From the NCBI GenBank assembly GCA_015680685.1, contig MNCI01001087.1, positions 267,575 through 331,574 on the forward strand: a stretch of 64,000 bases of DNA. Direction: 5' to 3'. The translations under genes were made by a program, and so were the position numbers. Within the stretch, counting starts at the first letter, position 1. Every line of letters begins with the position of its first letter. This document shows positions 10,565-22,900 of this stretch, piece after piece. The DNA comes from Gnetum montanum (Eukaryota; Plantae; Gnetophyta). The notes under the pieces are model-generated. The model had not been told where the DNA came from. It saw only the letters and a list, made by a program, of their open reading frames with translations, and did not search any database.

Positions 10565-13500
10565 GAGATGGTCACTATTGTTGATTCTTTCAGTGGTGAT
10601 GCTTCCCATTTTAACACACTAGTTCGAGAAGTCAAGGTATCTTTCCACTTGACCACTAAGTTTATTTCTGATCTTTTTTGTGTGCCCATAGATGGTGTCA
10701 TGGTGACCGTAGATAAAGCAACTAAAGACAAACAGGTCATAAGAGAGCTTGAGCAGTGGTTAGGCATGTCTCGGGGTCCTAAGGACTTTGCTATGCGAGA
10801 TGATACCTAATCAATGGAGATGAACTTCTTGTATCCTCTCTTCTGGGCACGAGCCTTTCCCAAATCTCTTTCTCAAGGAAGAAGCCTTGGGATCAAGTCC
10901 ACACGTGTGATACGTGCAGTTTTAGAGACGAGCATGCGCTATAACTGGGCACAGTTTCTTGGATCTAGTTTCCATGGAGAGATTGTTAGGTTACATTCAA
11001 ACATCCACACCAAATCCCATTTTACATTTGCTTTCTTCACAGGGTATCTACGTAGGTTTGTTGAATTCTTAGTAGTTTATGGTGATAGCCACTATATTTG
11101 GAGGGATCGTTCATAATTGTTCCACCCTTAGATTCGCCATTTGTATAGCACTAATAGATCCTAGGATCTACCAGAAGACATTGAGGAATCAGTATCAGTC
11201 ACTACTGGGGGTGCGGCTAGTCGTTCCCATCATTCCCATGATTGCTTAGGATTGGAATCGCCTAACCTGTGCACATCTGCTAAAAGGGCTGAACGTTTGA
11301 TTGGTGAGACTGTTAGGAAGTTTAAAGCACAGGTGAAGAGGAAAGAACGCCCAAGGGAGCCTGCTCCAGTTGTGATGCCACCAAGATCAAAGAAGATTCG
11401 ATTTGTACTACCAGTGGAGGGTAAGTAGTTTATTTTATTGTTACATATTTATTTTTATTGTGTTTTGGTTTATATGTTATTAAAAGTACATATATACTAT
11501 GTGATACTAACTCTAGGATTCTAGTGTTATTCAAAGGAAAGTCCTGAGAGGGAGAGAGAGGTCATGGCCCCGATAGTTGAACCAAAAGCAGTCACCACAG
11601 GACCTGAGGAGAAAGGAAAAGAAGGGGAAGAAGTAATCGAGGAACCTCTTGCTCCGCAAGAGGAAGATGTGACAAGCATCGTAGGGATGAAGCTTGCGGA
11701 GGCCTTGGATGCACTTAGGCATTCAAGTGATGAAAGAGATGTCCTTGATGGTTTCTTTGATGGATCTTTGCAACTTGGTGATCCACCCAGGCTAAACAAC
11801 GAAGGAATTTTTGGTATGTTCCCTTTAGCCTAATCCATATTCTGTGTCCTTTAATTTTCATGTGTTATTCTTAATTATCTTGGTTATCTTTAGCATCATA
11901 GGTAGATGCTGAAATTTTTGAGGCACATATATCTTGGGAAGCGGCGTCAAGATCACATGTCCCGGTTGAAGAGACCTCCCTTGCTTGTCCCACATCAACT
12001 GAATAGCTGAGACCATGCCTTGAAATTCCTAGCAAAATAAATTTTTTTAAGAGCATCGTTCATGATGTGGTCACTCACCTATGAGAAGCTCATCCAGAAA
12101 TAGGTATGCTAAGTATCTCATTTTTTATTTTTGTTTCTTTACGTTCATTATTGATTATGGCTTATTCATGTGTGCAGTACTTACACCTATAGGCGCTAAG
12201 CTCCAGTAGGATCCTTCTGAAGCCACTCATATTAATGCTCTCCCTGAATTGCCAGGGAATATTGGGCAAGTCCCTAGGAAGTTTTACGATGTAGTTTCTA
12301 GTTGCATTGTACAGAACAGCAAATTGCTTTGGACTTGTAGGCATTCGGTTGAATATCTATAGGAAGAGGTCCACTCATTGAAGGAAGCACTAGCAAAGGA
12401 GAGAGAGAAGAAAAGGGATCTCCAATCTCATTACGATCTTGCTGCTGCTAGGCTATCCGGTGATAGCACTTGGCGCACATCTAAAATCACCTATGCATGT
12501 TACTAGATGGTTTTGAATAGAAAAATGTAGGTGACACGGGACTAGTAGAACAAAGAGCACAGATGGACTTGCTAAACAGAAAATGTCATGATTGGAAGTC
12601 CTTCGTTGCAAAAGTACGAAAATGGAGCCAAGACCAAAAGAACCACAAGCATCAGTATAAGAAATGGTTAAAGGAGGAGTTAATTGAACATCACCAGATG
12701 GAGATGTTCATCGATGGGTTAGGCTTGCGATCTGCTTATGACAGGTTCGCTGAGTGCATCGAGGTGGAGGGATCTCTAGAGAGAACCATTACTACCGCCT
12801 CTAAGGAGGCTTCAACTGGCATGTTCTCTCTTGAGCGTCCTACCTGGACTTCAGTGGACAAGGGGAAAACCTTGGCTGGTATTGATCTTAGCCTGGAGGA
12901 GGATTGGGAAAACGTGCCTGAGGAGGAGATTCTATGGCATTTGGAGGCCAACTTAGGGCCTTCCTCACTTGTGAGTGTTTTATTGTGACATTTATTTTTG
13001 TATGGTTTTATCATTTTCATTGTTAGTGTTACTGTTTTTCTAAGTTTTGCATTTATGATTTTTTTTACTGGTATTACTTGTTTTTATTTTTATTTTTTCC
13101 TATAGGGACATGTTAATGATGGAGCTGGCCCCAGTGGAGCGAGAGCGGATGATGAAGAGGATCTTGGGGACCAGCCCCCTTCATGAGCTTAGTGTCAATC
13201 AAACTTTGGCCATTAAATGTTTTTGGATTTTTGGATGTTTAATGGAAACATATGGTTGACAAATGTAATAATATGGACCTAATTATGGCATAACCTGTTG
13301 GAATTTTACTACCATGTTGACGTATCATTTTTTTTTATTTTGTGTGTTTTCTCTTTTTATTTGTTTTTTTCAAGTATTATCGTGAACATATGCATGTAGC
13401 TAAATGTAAAATGGGGGAACAAGACATAAATCAACACTTGTAAAAGAAGAAAGTAACGAGAAGGCATAGATCGCGATTGCAACTTATATCATTTAAATGA

Positions 13501-13808
13501 AAATTTGACATAACATAGTGAATGTTTGTAAACTTGTAACGTATTGAACCCTAGTTTAAAGCCATTTTGGGCTATGCAAATTAGTTTAAAGTCATGGTGG
13601 ATTGTCGTATTTTTTGTCAAAAAAAGAAGGATTACCAGTTTTATGCCATAGTGGGCCAAAAGCAATAACAATTTAAGGAAACTTTTAAACGGAACCAGCC
13701 ACTTCTGACCATGGCTAGTTTAACATCATTGTGGACGTTCACTGGTAGTTTTACATCATACTGGATGATTGGTAGTTTAACGTCGTTTCAAACATTTAGT
13801 GGTTCACT

Positions 13809-16800
13809 CTAGTTATTGAGTTGCCTCTTAATCTTTTGTAGCTTAACGTGAGGGGTAGGGCATGCACACATGATCTTATACTCACCATCCCCTTCACTAG
13901 TGATGTCAAAGGGTAACTCCGACCAAGAGACATCAGTGGGAATGGCTCCTATGTTTGTGTTGTCTGGTGTTTCCTTAGTTTCAGTAGGGTTGTAAGTTAA
14001 CATTGGGTTCATGTTTTGAGGTATGCTCATAGTTCCTTGCTTAGGCTCAACCAACTCAATTTTTTACTCTTGATCTACCTCAGGGTATGAGGAAGTGAGC
14101 AATACTATTGTATCCCCACATATGATGATTTCACCGTCCTCATAAGGTAGGTGGATCTCCTGATGGATTGGTGAGGATACGGCTCTAAGTTGAGCTAGCC
14201 AGCGATGTCCTAGAATCAAGTTAAACCCTAGCATTTCATCAACTACTATGAATTCAGCTGATGTGGGGAATTGGTCCCCAGCTATGAAATCTAAGGTAAC
14301 CATACCTTTCACTCTAACATGGGAACCACTGAAGGATTTTAGGAAAGAAGTTGTCGTGGGCTGTATTTGTTCAGTGAGTCCCAATTTTTCGATGATGGGA
14401 AAAGGTATTACGTTTGTTGCCCCACCATCATCGACATGGACCCTACATATCTTGAAATGATTGACTTGTATCATTATGAATATACGGGCTGTGATGACTT
14501 CTCCTATTTTCTCATATAGTTTAATTTCCTTAGCATAAAACTCTAAGGAGATAGTCTTTGATTCCTAAGGTTGCAGGGACAATACTACATAAATAGACGG
14601 CTCATCTGCAAGAAGGTCCTCACTAACAAGGATCGAAGTCAGCATCTGTATGAGAGCTTCCCGATGTATAATTGAAGTCATTACTAGATCATACAGGCTT
14701 AAAGAAGTATTCTTTTGTTTCAAGGCTTGTGTGACTTGAGTTAATGCACTCGCTAAATCTTTACCATTTGGGCCACCCTTATCTGTAGAGACTTGGTCTA
14801 GTTGAGCCAGCATTCGTATCTCCTGTGGAGGGATTTTTGTGTTGGTAATTGAGGATGCTGGGTTTGGGACACAACCCGTGACATTATCCTCATTTTGATG
14901 ACTCGTACTAGGCTCATTAATGGGCGTACCCATAGGAACAATGTTTAGCGGTGTGGGCTTTGCCGGTCTTAATTCATGCTTATGGTTTTCTCTTTCCAGG
15001 CACTCTCTTGTTAGCCTATCGGCAAAATGTTCTCGCAAAGGTCATGGGGGAATGGAGGTGGGTTGTGTGTCAAGGTGTTTTGGCACCCGGATAACAAAGG
15101 GAATGGGTCAGTTTTTAGATGATGTGGTTGTTGCTACAATAGAAGGAGGTACACGGATGATGAATGGTTTTTGTGGTATAGGGAATGTACGTATGATGAA
15201 AGGGGTTTGAGGAGATGTTAGGGTAGGTGTGTTTTCTGAAGGCTTGCGAATCACAAAAGGTTTTTGCAGGACATCCTATCTATTCTCCACATGGATAGTA
15301 TTAATCACATATGATGCATCATTAGTATTGAGAGGATCCTTGTAGAATCCCATGGATTGGTTTTGGGGTCTTAATAGATTTCCCTCATCGAATACTACTC
15401 CACCCCTATCAATCATGTGTTGTATATCTTGTTTCAAGATGAAACAGTAATCAATCCCATGACCACACCATTGGTGATATTCCCGAAACCTATCCAACCT
15501 AAAGCCTCTTGGAACAGGGGGCTCATTAGCTGTTGCTAGAGCTAGGTTCTTGGCCAACTCACAAAATCGACCATGTTTTTGAGAGGCCACAGGAGACATT
15601 TTTTTATGTTGGATTAGCCCGGCCTTTAGAAGTTGATCAGCAATTGTGAAGGCTTCATAGGCAAGGGTGTATATTGAGCAGGGTCTTTTCTTTCGAATGT
15701 ACGGGCATGACCCATGTTGGTGTTTTTATTTGATAAAGGTTCAGGTGTAGGCATAGGTGTGTTTCTTTCGTGGCCGTTTGGGGTGGCAGTTTGTTTTCCC
15801 TTTTGTCTGAGATGGTTAGGTCAGGCTGTCTCTGCTATCGCCGCTACCGTTGTTTTGGATTTATCCTTCCTTGTATGTTGGCTCCTAAAGGTCGAGTAAG
15901 CTGGCTCATTACTTGTTTGTGCCACTTCCTCTATGTCCTTAATTTTCACAAATGCTTGGCTCAAGGTATGGGCTTTCAAATAATAGAGTCTTAACTTAAT
16001 AAAGTCATTCATAGCTACCTTATAGATGGTAAGCAGATATGTTTTAGGGATAGGCTTGTGAAGTTCATTTAGGGTTACACTCCACCTTTGGATAAATTTC
16101 TATGCTGGCTCTAACGGTGCTTGTTTAATATGGATCAAGTTATCCAATGTGGCTTCAGGTTTTAAATTATACTTGAAACAGGTGACAAATTGGTGCAACA
16201 AGTCCTCTAGAGAAGATATGAAGCTACGGGGTAGAGCTCAATACCAGTCTAAGGCCTTTCTGGCTAAGGAGATAACAAACACTTGCAGAATTACATGAGG
16301 CCATGCCTGAAGCAATAGGCATTCTATTCGAAATGTCACTAGGTGAGCATTTGGGTCTCCCTCTTCATTGTACTTGGTTAGCTGGGGTAACGAGACTCCC
16401 TTTGGCAAGGTTAATGGTGGAATTGAAGGGTCGATTAGATCATCTTAATAAAAGTCCAATACCTTGACTTCCTTCATGTTTACAGTTTTGAGACGCTTTA
16501 ATTCTTCTGCTAACGAATGCATCATTTTCTTCATGTCTGCCCACTCTTGAGCGGTAGGCAGATCGGTGGGTTGAGTTGGTGGCAACTCATAATGATTCGA
16601 TTGTTGCATTGTTTGTGGAAAGAGAGATTGTTGGACTATCATTTGTTGCGGTGGGATGACATTTGGGGCTAAGAAAATGGGGTGTGGTATGCTATAGTGA
16701 GTAGACAGGGTTTTCTAAACAACTGGTGGTACCCACTACCCAGCCATAGGTTGTGAAGTCACTCCCTGAACATCTTGGGTTGAAGTAATCAATGGTGACA

Positions 16801-17212
16801 TGTGGATTTGCACTTGAGGTATGTAATGGGAGGACGTGAAAGCTAGTATGACCGATGGCATCCTAATCACTTGAGGCCGAAAGGTCGATCTTGCGTTAGT
16901 TTGGGGAGGGAGTTTTTGGGACTGTACTTGTGGAGGTATGATGGAAGTGGATGCATCAGAGTGAATATTGAGCATGGAGAAGATGGGAATGGAAGCAAGT
17001 ACCTCTTGTCAGGAAACTGGTGATCCAATGTTTGCATATGAAGGGGGAAGCACAGTTTCTTCCAGAAAAGGGTGGAATAATGAGCTTGTATGGGCATGGA
17101 GGCTAATGGTATGGTATGAATCCCCATGTTTAGATTGGGCTGCGAAGTCATCTTCCTCATCTCCATTCTGAGGCTCTATTGGAGGTAGTTGTAAGGCTTG
17201 ACTTCTTGCCAT
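13809..17212 (-). pseudogene. gag-protease ORF of element A
   Basis: Retrotransposon gag region (KYNEEGDPNAHLV-like, YHQWCGHGIDYCFILKQDIQHMID). Aspartic protease RVHVDDGGATNVI...FNLILGHRWL. Ends KIKRQLNN*. Confidence 0.9.
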
Positions 17213-17910
17213 GAGAAGCTAGGATATGCATTTATGATGGTGTTCAAACAGCGGGATTATATCAAATGCTGAAGGGATAATTTCATAGTCTCACTTCACT
17301 TCCCTCTCTACACAATCGATAGGTAAGCTGGCTTGGATCTTAACACAGATGAAGTTATACTATTCAGGTGTAAGAGTTGCATAAGTAGGGTTTTTTCCCT
17401 GTAGCCTAAGTGACTAGCGCATAGGGCCTTGGGGGTTTATCTGTTCAATAACAGTTATGGGTTCTGTGGCAGTCACAAGGTTTGAGGTTTCAGCTCCAAA
17501 GTTAGAGGTCGGAAATGTCACAGGGTTAACTTGGGAGGATTCAATAGTGAGTGTAAGTAAACTGGGCTGGACGACTTGAGTGTGAGACTCTACATCGTGA
17601 GTAGCTACAGCGTGAGTAAGCTGACAGATAGCGTGAGCAAATACAGCATGAGTACTACAGCATGAGCAAGCTAACAAATAATGTGAGTGACTGATAGCGT
17701 GAATACTATAGCATGAGTAGCTATAGCATGAACAAGCTGATAGACAACATGAGTGACTGACAACGTGAATAGCTAAGAACAAGGTGGGTAAGTCAAGCCG
17801 TGCGTGTGCATGCTAGCTTGACAAGCTGAGCTTTAGTTTTAGCACTTCGTCTGTGTACTGTTTGGATAGGTAGTATGATCTACGTTTTGGTAGACGATAA
17901 ACAACTCTGG

Positions 17911-17926
17911 CCTCCTTCTAGCGCCA
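17911..17926 (-). promoter_or_regulatory. Primer binding site of A, complementary to the 3' end of tRNA-Asn
   Basis: Minus strand TGGCGCTAGAAGGAGG, 6 nt after the LTR end (…TACA). Matches the plant tRNA-Asn(GUU) 3' end CCTCCTTCTAGCG-CCA as recalled. Confidence 0.85.
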
Positions 17927-17932
17927 ATTTAC

Positions 17933-19617
17933 TGTACTAACCTAAATCGTCAGTGTACGGCTGGAAGGGAAAACAAACACCGAAAGATCATTGGGCACAC
18001 ACAGCTAACCTTGCCTTCGCCCAAGGGCAAGCTAGAAAAGAAAATGAAGATAGAGTGCCTTAGATGATCTACATGCAAATCAACCAAGGACTTCCCCGAG
18101 CGTGAACTATGACCTGTGCTGGGGTTATCGTAACTGATGTTTGAAACGTAAACAGTGTGCACGAAATGTAAACAAAAACGTATGCAGAATTGGTATTGTA
18201 AACATAATGTAAATTGAACGTAAAACATAGCAAACAATATAATGGCTGGCAAAATTAACTGTATTGTATTGCTTAGAAATGATGTGTACCAATCAAAGTG
18301 TATTTGCACATGTGGATGGAAAGTCAAGCACCAAGCCCTAGGACAATGTGATGTGTTTCAGGAGTGCTTGGATGCTAGGAGTCAGGTGTGTCCGAGCACC
18401 CAAGGATTGCTGGTCTGAGTTTCCTAAGCCATCTGCCTTTAAAATTGCCTACCTTGTTTATGTGAATTTATAGGGTATTTATAGGGTTTGGCTAGGCTCA
18501 GGTGTAGAATTCATGGGTTGAATCAACGGTTGAGAGATGAGAGAAAAATGGATCTAGTGACACATGTTCGATAGACAGCTTTGTATGAGTTGGATGTGTG
18601 TGGGCAAGCTATGTTTTCGACCAAGGGCCTTGTATCTTACAACGTGTGATAACTTACTCAAGCTAGCTTATGCTCATGGAAACACATACAATTCAGAGTG
18701 TAAGAGCCTGACAAACTCACAAATGATGAAAATTTACAGTGAAATTAACTCTGGCTTGCTTGAAACTTATAGATCTTTGAATTGACCGTTGTAGGATATT
18801 AATTTGAGTGGTTCTGTGGCTGTTTCAGGTGTCTTCGCCTGACAAGAACTTCCAACGTGAGTTGCTTTTTCCTTAGCATGTCCTCACCATGCGCATGCTA
18901 TACTCACGCTACACTCATGCTACAGCGTGACCTCAACTTGACCTCAGCGTGAGTGAGCTAGAATTATGGATTTTTCACCAAATTTTGATTTTTGAAGCTT
19001 GATTCTTGAAGTGTGAGGATTTCCTAACTGTGATTGACCTTGAAAATGATCTTAAAATCAAAAATTAAGTTTGATGTGCCCTATTTTTTACCACCTTTGG
19101 TAGCTCACGCTGGACTCACACTACTAGCATGAGCTGTAGCGTGACCACAGCGTGAGCTGCGAAAACCTATAATTTTGAACCTAATAGAGGCTGGAACTTG
19201 GATCTTATCGATGATGAACCCTAAAGATGATTTGCACATTAGAGATCAAATCTTTTTTAACTTAGTTTTGGGCTTTGAAAGTTGCTCACGCTGCACTCAC
19301 ACTGCCAGTGTGAGTGAGTGACAGCGTGAGTGAGAAAATCTGCACCTTTTAACACCAAAATTTCAATCTCTGAATGCTGAAGCTTGGACTTGACATCAGT
19401 GGCCCTTGAGGATGGCCTTTGAAATCGAACCATTTCGACTCAGTTTCAACGCTCCTAAAGTTGCTCACACTGCACTCATGCTGCCAATGTGACCTTAGTG
19501 TGCCCAGGACAAGCCAGCGTGAGTGTCATGCCTTAGTCAAATTTTGCTTCCAAAAAGCCAAAAGGGATCTGGGTTGTTCTTATTTCAAAGTGTTAGGCCA
19601 AAATTAGTGGTGTTTCA
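17933..19617 (-). repeat. 5' LTR of element A (~1,685 bp)
   Basis: TG...CA termini, adjacent to the PBS, right part repeated at 1-786. Flank gtacc (19618-19622) is the expected TSD. Confidence 0.92.
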
Positions 19618-22600
19618 GTACCCAGCTAATTTCCTAGTGATACAAGTGAACAACAGTAAAGGGGACTTCCCAATAATAATGGGGAGGGCATGGCTAAGTA
19701 CTATAGATGCACGCCTAGGAATCTGTGATCTTTCCCTGGAAATATCTAAAAATAACACTTTTGGAAAGATGGAGAAGAAGAAGGTTCCATGCATCGCATA
19801 TAGTGATACAGGGTGCTATTACATGTAGAGATCATGAGTTGTGCAAAGTTTAGCATTGTCTGCATGCAACTGGTGTGTACAAGACATTAATATACAAAAG
19901 TACCTGTATGCAGTAGCCACGCGACAAAAAGACACCCAGTGGCTGAATGTTGATCAAGAGAGCAACTCACTAATGTGCATGGAACTAACTAAGGGAATAA
20001 TTAACGCTTACATCGAAAGCATAGATGCACTCGAGCAAGTCCACTACCAACTTCCAAACCTTAACGTTGAAAACATCAACTAGGGGAACTTGGAAATTCC
20101 TGAAAAATTTAAACAAGAGCCCTTAGATTTGAAACCATTGCCCACCAGTCTAGAATATATGACCCTTGAAAATGGAAAACTGGTAATCATCAACGTAAGA
20201 CTTACTTCCAAACAAAAAGAAAGACTGTTGAAAGTAATTAACAAGTGGTCAAAAGCCTTTTCTTGGTCATATCCTGAATTAACTAGAATAGATCCTAGGA
20301 TATGCAAGCATAGGATCTACACTTACCCTTCCATGAAACCTCAAAAATAACCGTAGAGGTGATTGAACCCAAAATTAAAGCTAGTAAAAGAAGAAATAGA
20401 ATAGCTTCTTAAGGCTAGGTTCATATATCCTATTGTTGATAGTGAATGGGTTAGCCCTCTGGTGATCATGCCTAAAAAGGGAGGCAAATGGAGGGTGTGC
20501 ATAGACTTTAGGCTATTGAACATGGCAACATTTAAGGATCACTTTCCATTGCCATTCGTTGACCAAGTCTTAGACACCATAGCAGGGCATCGCTATTACA
20601 ATTTTCTGGATGGCTATAGTGGATATAACCAAATACGGATAGCCCCAAAAGACCAAGCCAAGACAATGTTCACCAATCCTTGGGGAACGTTTGCATATAA
20701 ACAAATGTCATTTGGCTTATGCAATGCTCCTACCACATTTCAATGCCTAGTTCTAAGCATATTCCAATAGCAGATAGGGAACGAAGTAGAATTCTTTATG
20801 GAAAACTTCTCCACCTATGGAACAAGTTTTGATCAAGCCTTGGACCGATTAGAGCAAGTGCTGAAAAGATGCGTAGAAACTAACTTAAGACTCAACTGGT
20901 AGAAAAGCCATTTAATGGTCCAAGAAGGCATAGTACTTAGGCATAAGGTTTCACATGCAGGAATAAAGGTAGACCCAAACAAGATTGGGGTCATCCAAGG
21001 AATCACCCAGCAACTAGAAACTATCAAAGACATTTAATCATTCCTTGGACATACTAGCTACTATAGGAGATTCATTGAGAACTTCTCCAAGATTTCTAAA
21101 CTGTTGGTAGAGCTAATAAAGAAGGACGTACCATTTGATTAGACTAGAGAATGTGAACGAGCATTCCAAACTCTAAAATAAAAACTTGTAGAAACTCCCA
21201 TTCTACAAGCTCTTGACTGGTCCAAACCATTCCATATAATGACTGACGTGTCCAATTATGCTTTAAGAGTTGTACTTACATAGTTGGATGACCAAAAACT
21301 TTCTTACTACATCCACTGTGCAAGTAGGAGTATCGCCGGTGCACAACTTAACTACACAACTACAGAGAAAGAGTTAATGGCTGTAGTGTTTTAACTGGAT
21401 AAGTTTAGGCACTATGTGTTAGGTTACAAAGTGTTCATTCACATGGATCATAGTGCAATCTGATTCCTCATGAACAAGCCAATGGTTAGCCCTCATATTA
21501 TACAATGGTTGGTAATCCTACAGGAGTTCGATCTAACGATGGTCAATCGAAAAGGCATTGAGAACGTAGTTGCAGATCATTTATCTTAGTTGCACTGGGA
21601 CAACAAAGAGGATGAATATGTAATGTCTGATCATTTTCCTGATGAAGCCCTCTTTGCCAGTGTAGTGAATAACCAACTCACAGAGACGAACTGGTATAGT
21701 ACCATTCTCACCTATCTCCTCACCCAACAAACACCACAGGAGCTAGAATTTAGGAGAAATAACAGTTTCTTCACAAAGCCAAGTACTTCATGGAAGTCAA
21801 CGAACAACTTTACAAAGTGTGTCCCAATGGCTTGGTTCAATGGTGCGTGCCCAAGGCAGACCAACTGAGAGTTCTCCAAGACACTCATGAGGGCCCTTAT
21901 GGGGATCACTATGAGGGCCCTTATGGGGATCATGATGCCCATTAATTTTTTTGATCTTGTGAGTGCTATCAATGTGATGGAGGAATGACCGCTAGAATGG
22001 AGGGTCTGCAACAACAATGGATTCAACTGTTAGAACCCTTCGACATTTGGGGAACAAACTTTATGGGGGCCATTACACCAATGTGCAATGGAAAAGCCTA
22101 CATTGTAGTTGTCGTTGACTATCTAACGAAATGGGCTGAAGCAGCTGCTATTATGGACTACACATCATCTACAGCTACACGATTGTGCAACAAAAAATCG
22201 TAAATAGGTTTGGTATGCCAGGTGCACTTATTTTGGATAATAGAACACATTTCATAGGTGAAAATTTTCGGAACTTAATGCAACACTTAGGGGTTGAACA
22301 TAAATTGACTACAGCTTATCCCCCCCAAGCTAATGGACAAGCCAAGGTCACCAAGAGGGAGATCAATAAATATTGATGAGGACAATTAGCAAATATAGGC
22401 AATACTAGAGCACTAAACTGAATGATGCTCTTTGGGCATACCGCTCCACTTGGAAACTCCCTATAGGCTACTCTCCCTATGAGTTAGTGTACGGAAATCT
22501 TCCAACGCTTCCAATTCAAACCAAACTCCATACACTATCAATGGCTTGTGACCTCCACCTAAATCTGGATTTAGCACAAAAACAAAGGTTGGAAACTTTA

Positions 22601-22900
22601 AAAGTGCTAGACAAAAACTGATTAGCTACCTTATCATCAAATGAGTTGCATAAGGCATATAACAAGCAACGTCATGACTTGAAGATTCGAAAGGTTAAAT
22701 ATCAACCAAGAGATAAGGTTCTCTACTGGAACCCCACACATGTGCCATAGCGCACCAAATTTCAAACACTATGAGAAGGACCTTACATTATTCATGCAAC
22801 CTTTCCTTGAGGGACCATGACCATATACAAACCTGAGAGCCCTGATAAGAGATTGTTAGTCAATGTGCAATAGACCAAACCTTTCCATGAATTCAGAATA
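19618..22900 (+). pseudogene. pol (PR end, RT, RH, INT) of element B
   Basis: SEWVSPLV, KWRVCIDFR.LN.AT.KDHFPLPF.DQ, FLDGYSGYNQI.IAP.DQ, NYTTTEKEL, VDYLTKWAEA and TAYPPQANGQ motifs, with many stops and frameshifts. Confidence 0.93.

Larger units (their letters stand above)
6777..13186 (+). pseudogene. Antisense 8-exon cargo gene of element A: FCP1/SCP(NIF)-like pseudophosphatase + PMD/Transposase_32-like domain + basic patch + coiled coil (~1,070 aa reconstructed, several stops)
   Basis: Exons: 6777(or 6711)-6850, 8262-8710, 8792-9067, 9163/10378-11420, 11517-11813, 11894-12103, 12178-12970, 13106-13186. Introns are GT..AG with matching phases (2,2,2,1,1,1,0); the intron 2 acceptor has decayed CAG>CAA. 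Exon-by-exon homology to 37143-42090. Confidence 0.8.
1..19617 (-). mobile_element. Element A: Tat-clade Ty3/Gypsy LTR retrotransposon (gag-PR / antisense cargo gene / RT-RH-aRH-INT), decayed; 3' LTR runs off window start
   Basis: Matching LTRs at 1-786 and 17933-19617. tRNA-Asn PBS and PPT are in the expected places. gag, PR, RT, RH, aRH and INT motifs are all on the minus strand with scattered stops. Confidence 0.95.

Noticed and set aside
6777-13186. Cargo gene as a host gene or an independent nested transposon
   Set aside because: It lies between matched LTRs, has no TIR, LTR or TSD of its own that I could see, and recurs at the same position and orientation in divergent element C.
13880-13890. 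G|GTGAGT as the Ogre-type PR-RT splice donor
   Set aside because: Phase 1 does not join in frame to the acceptor at 6057, and the GT is absent at the same codons in C and G. Kept only as an open possibility.
17911-17926. tRNA gene
   Set aside because: Only 16 nt complementary to a tRNA 3' end including CCA; this is a PBS.
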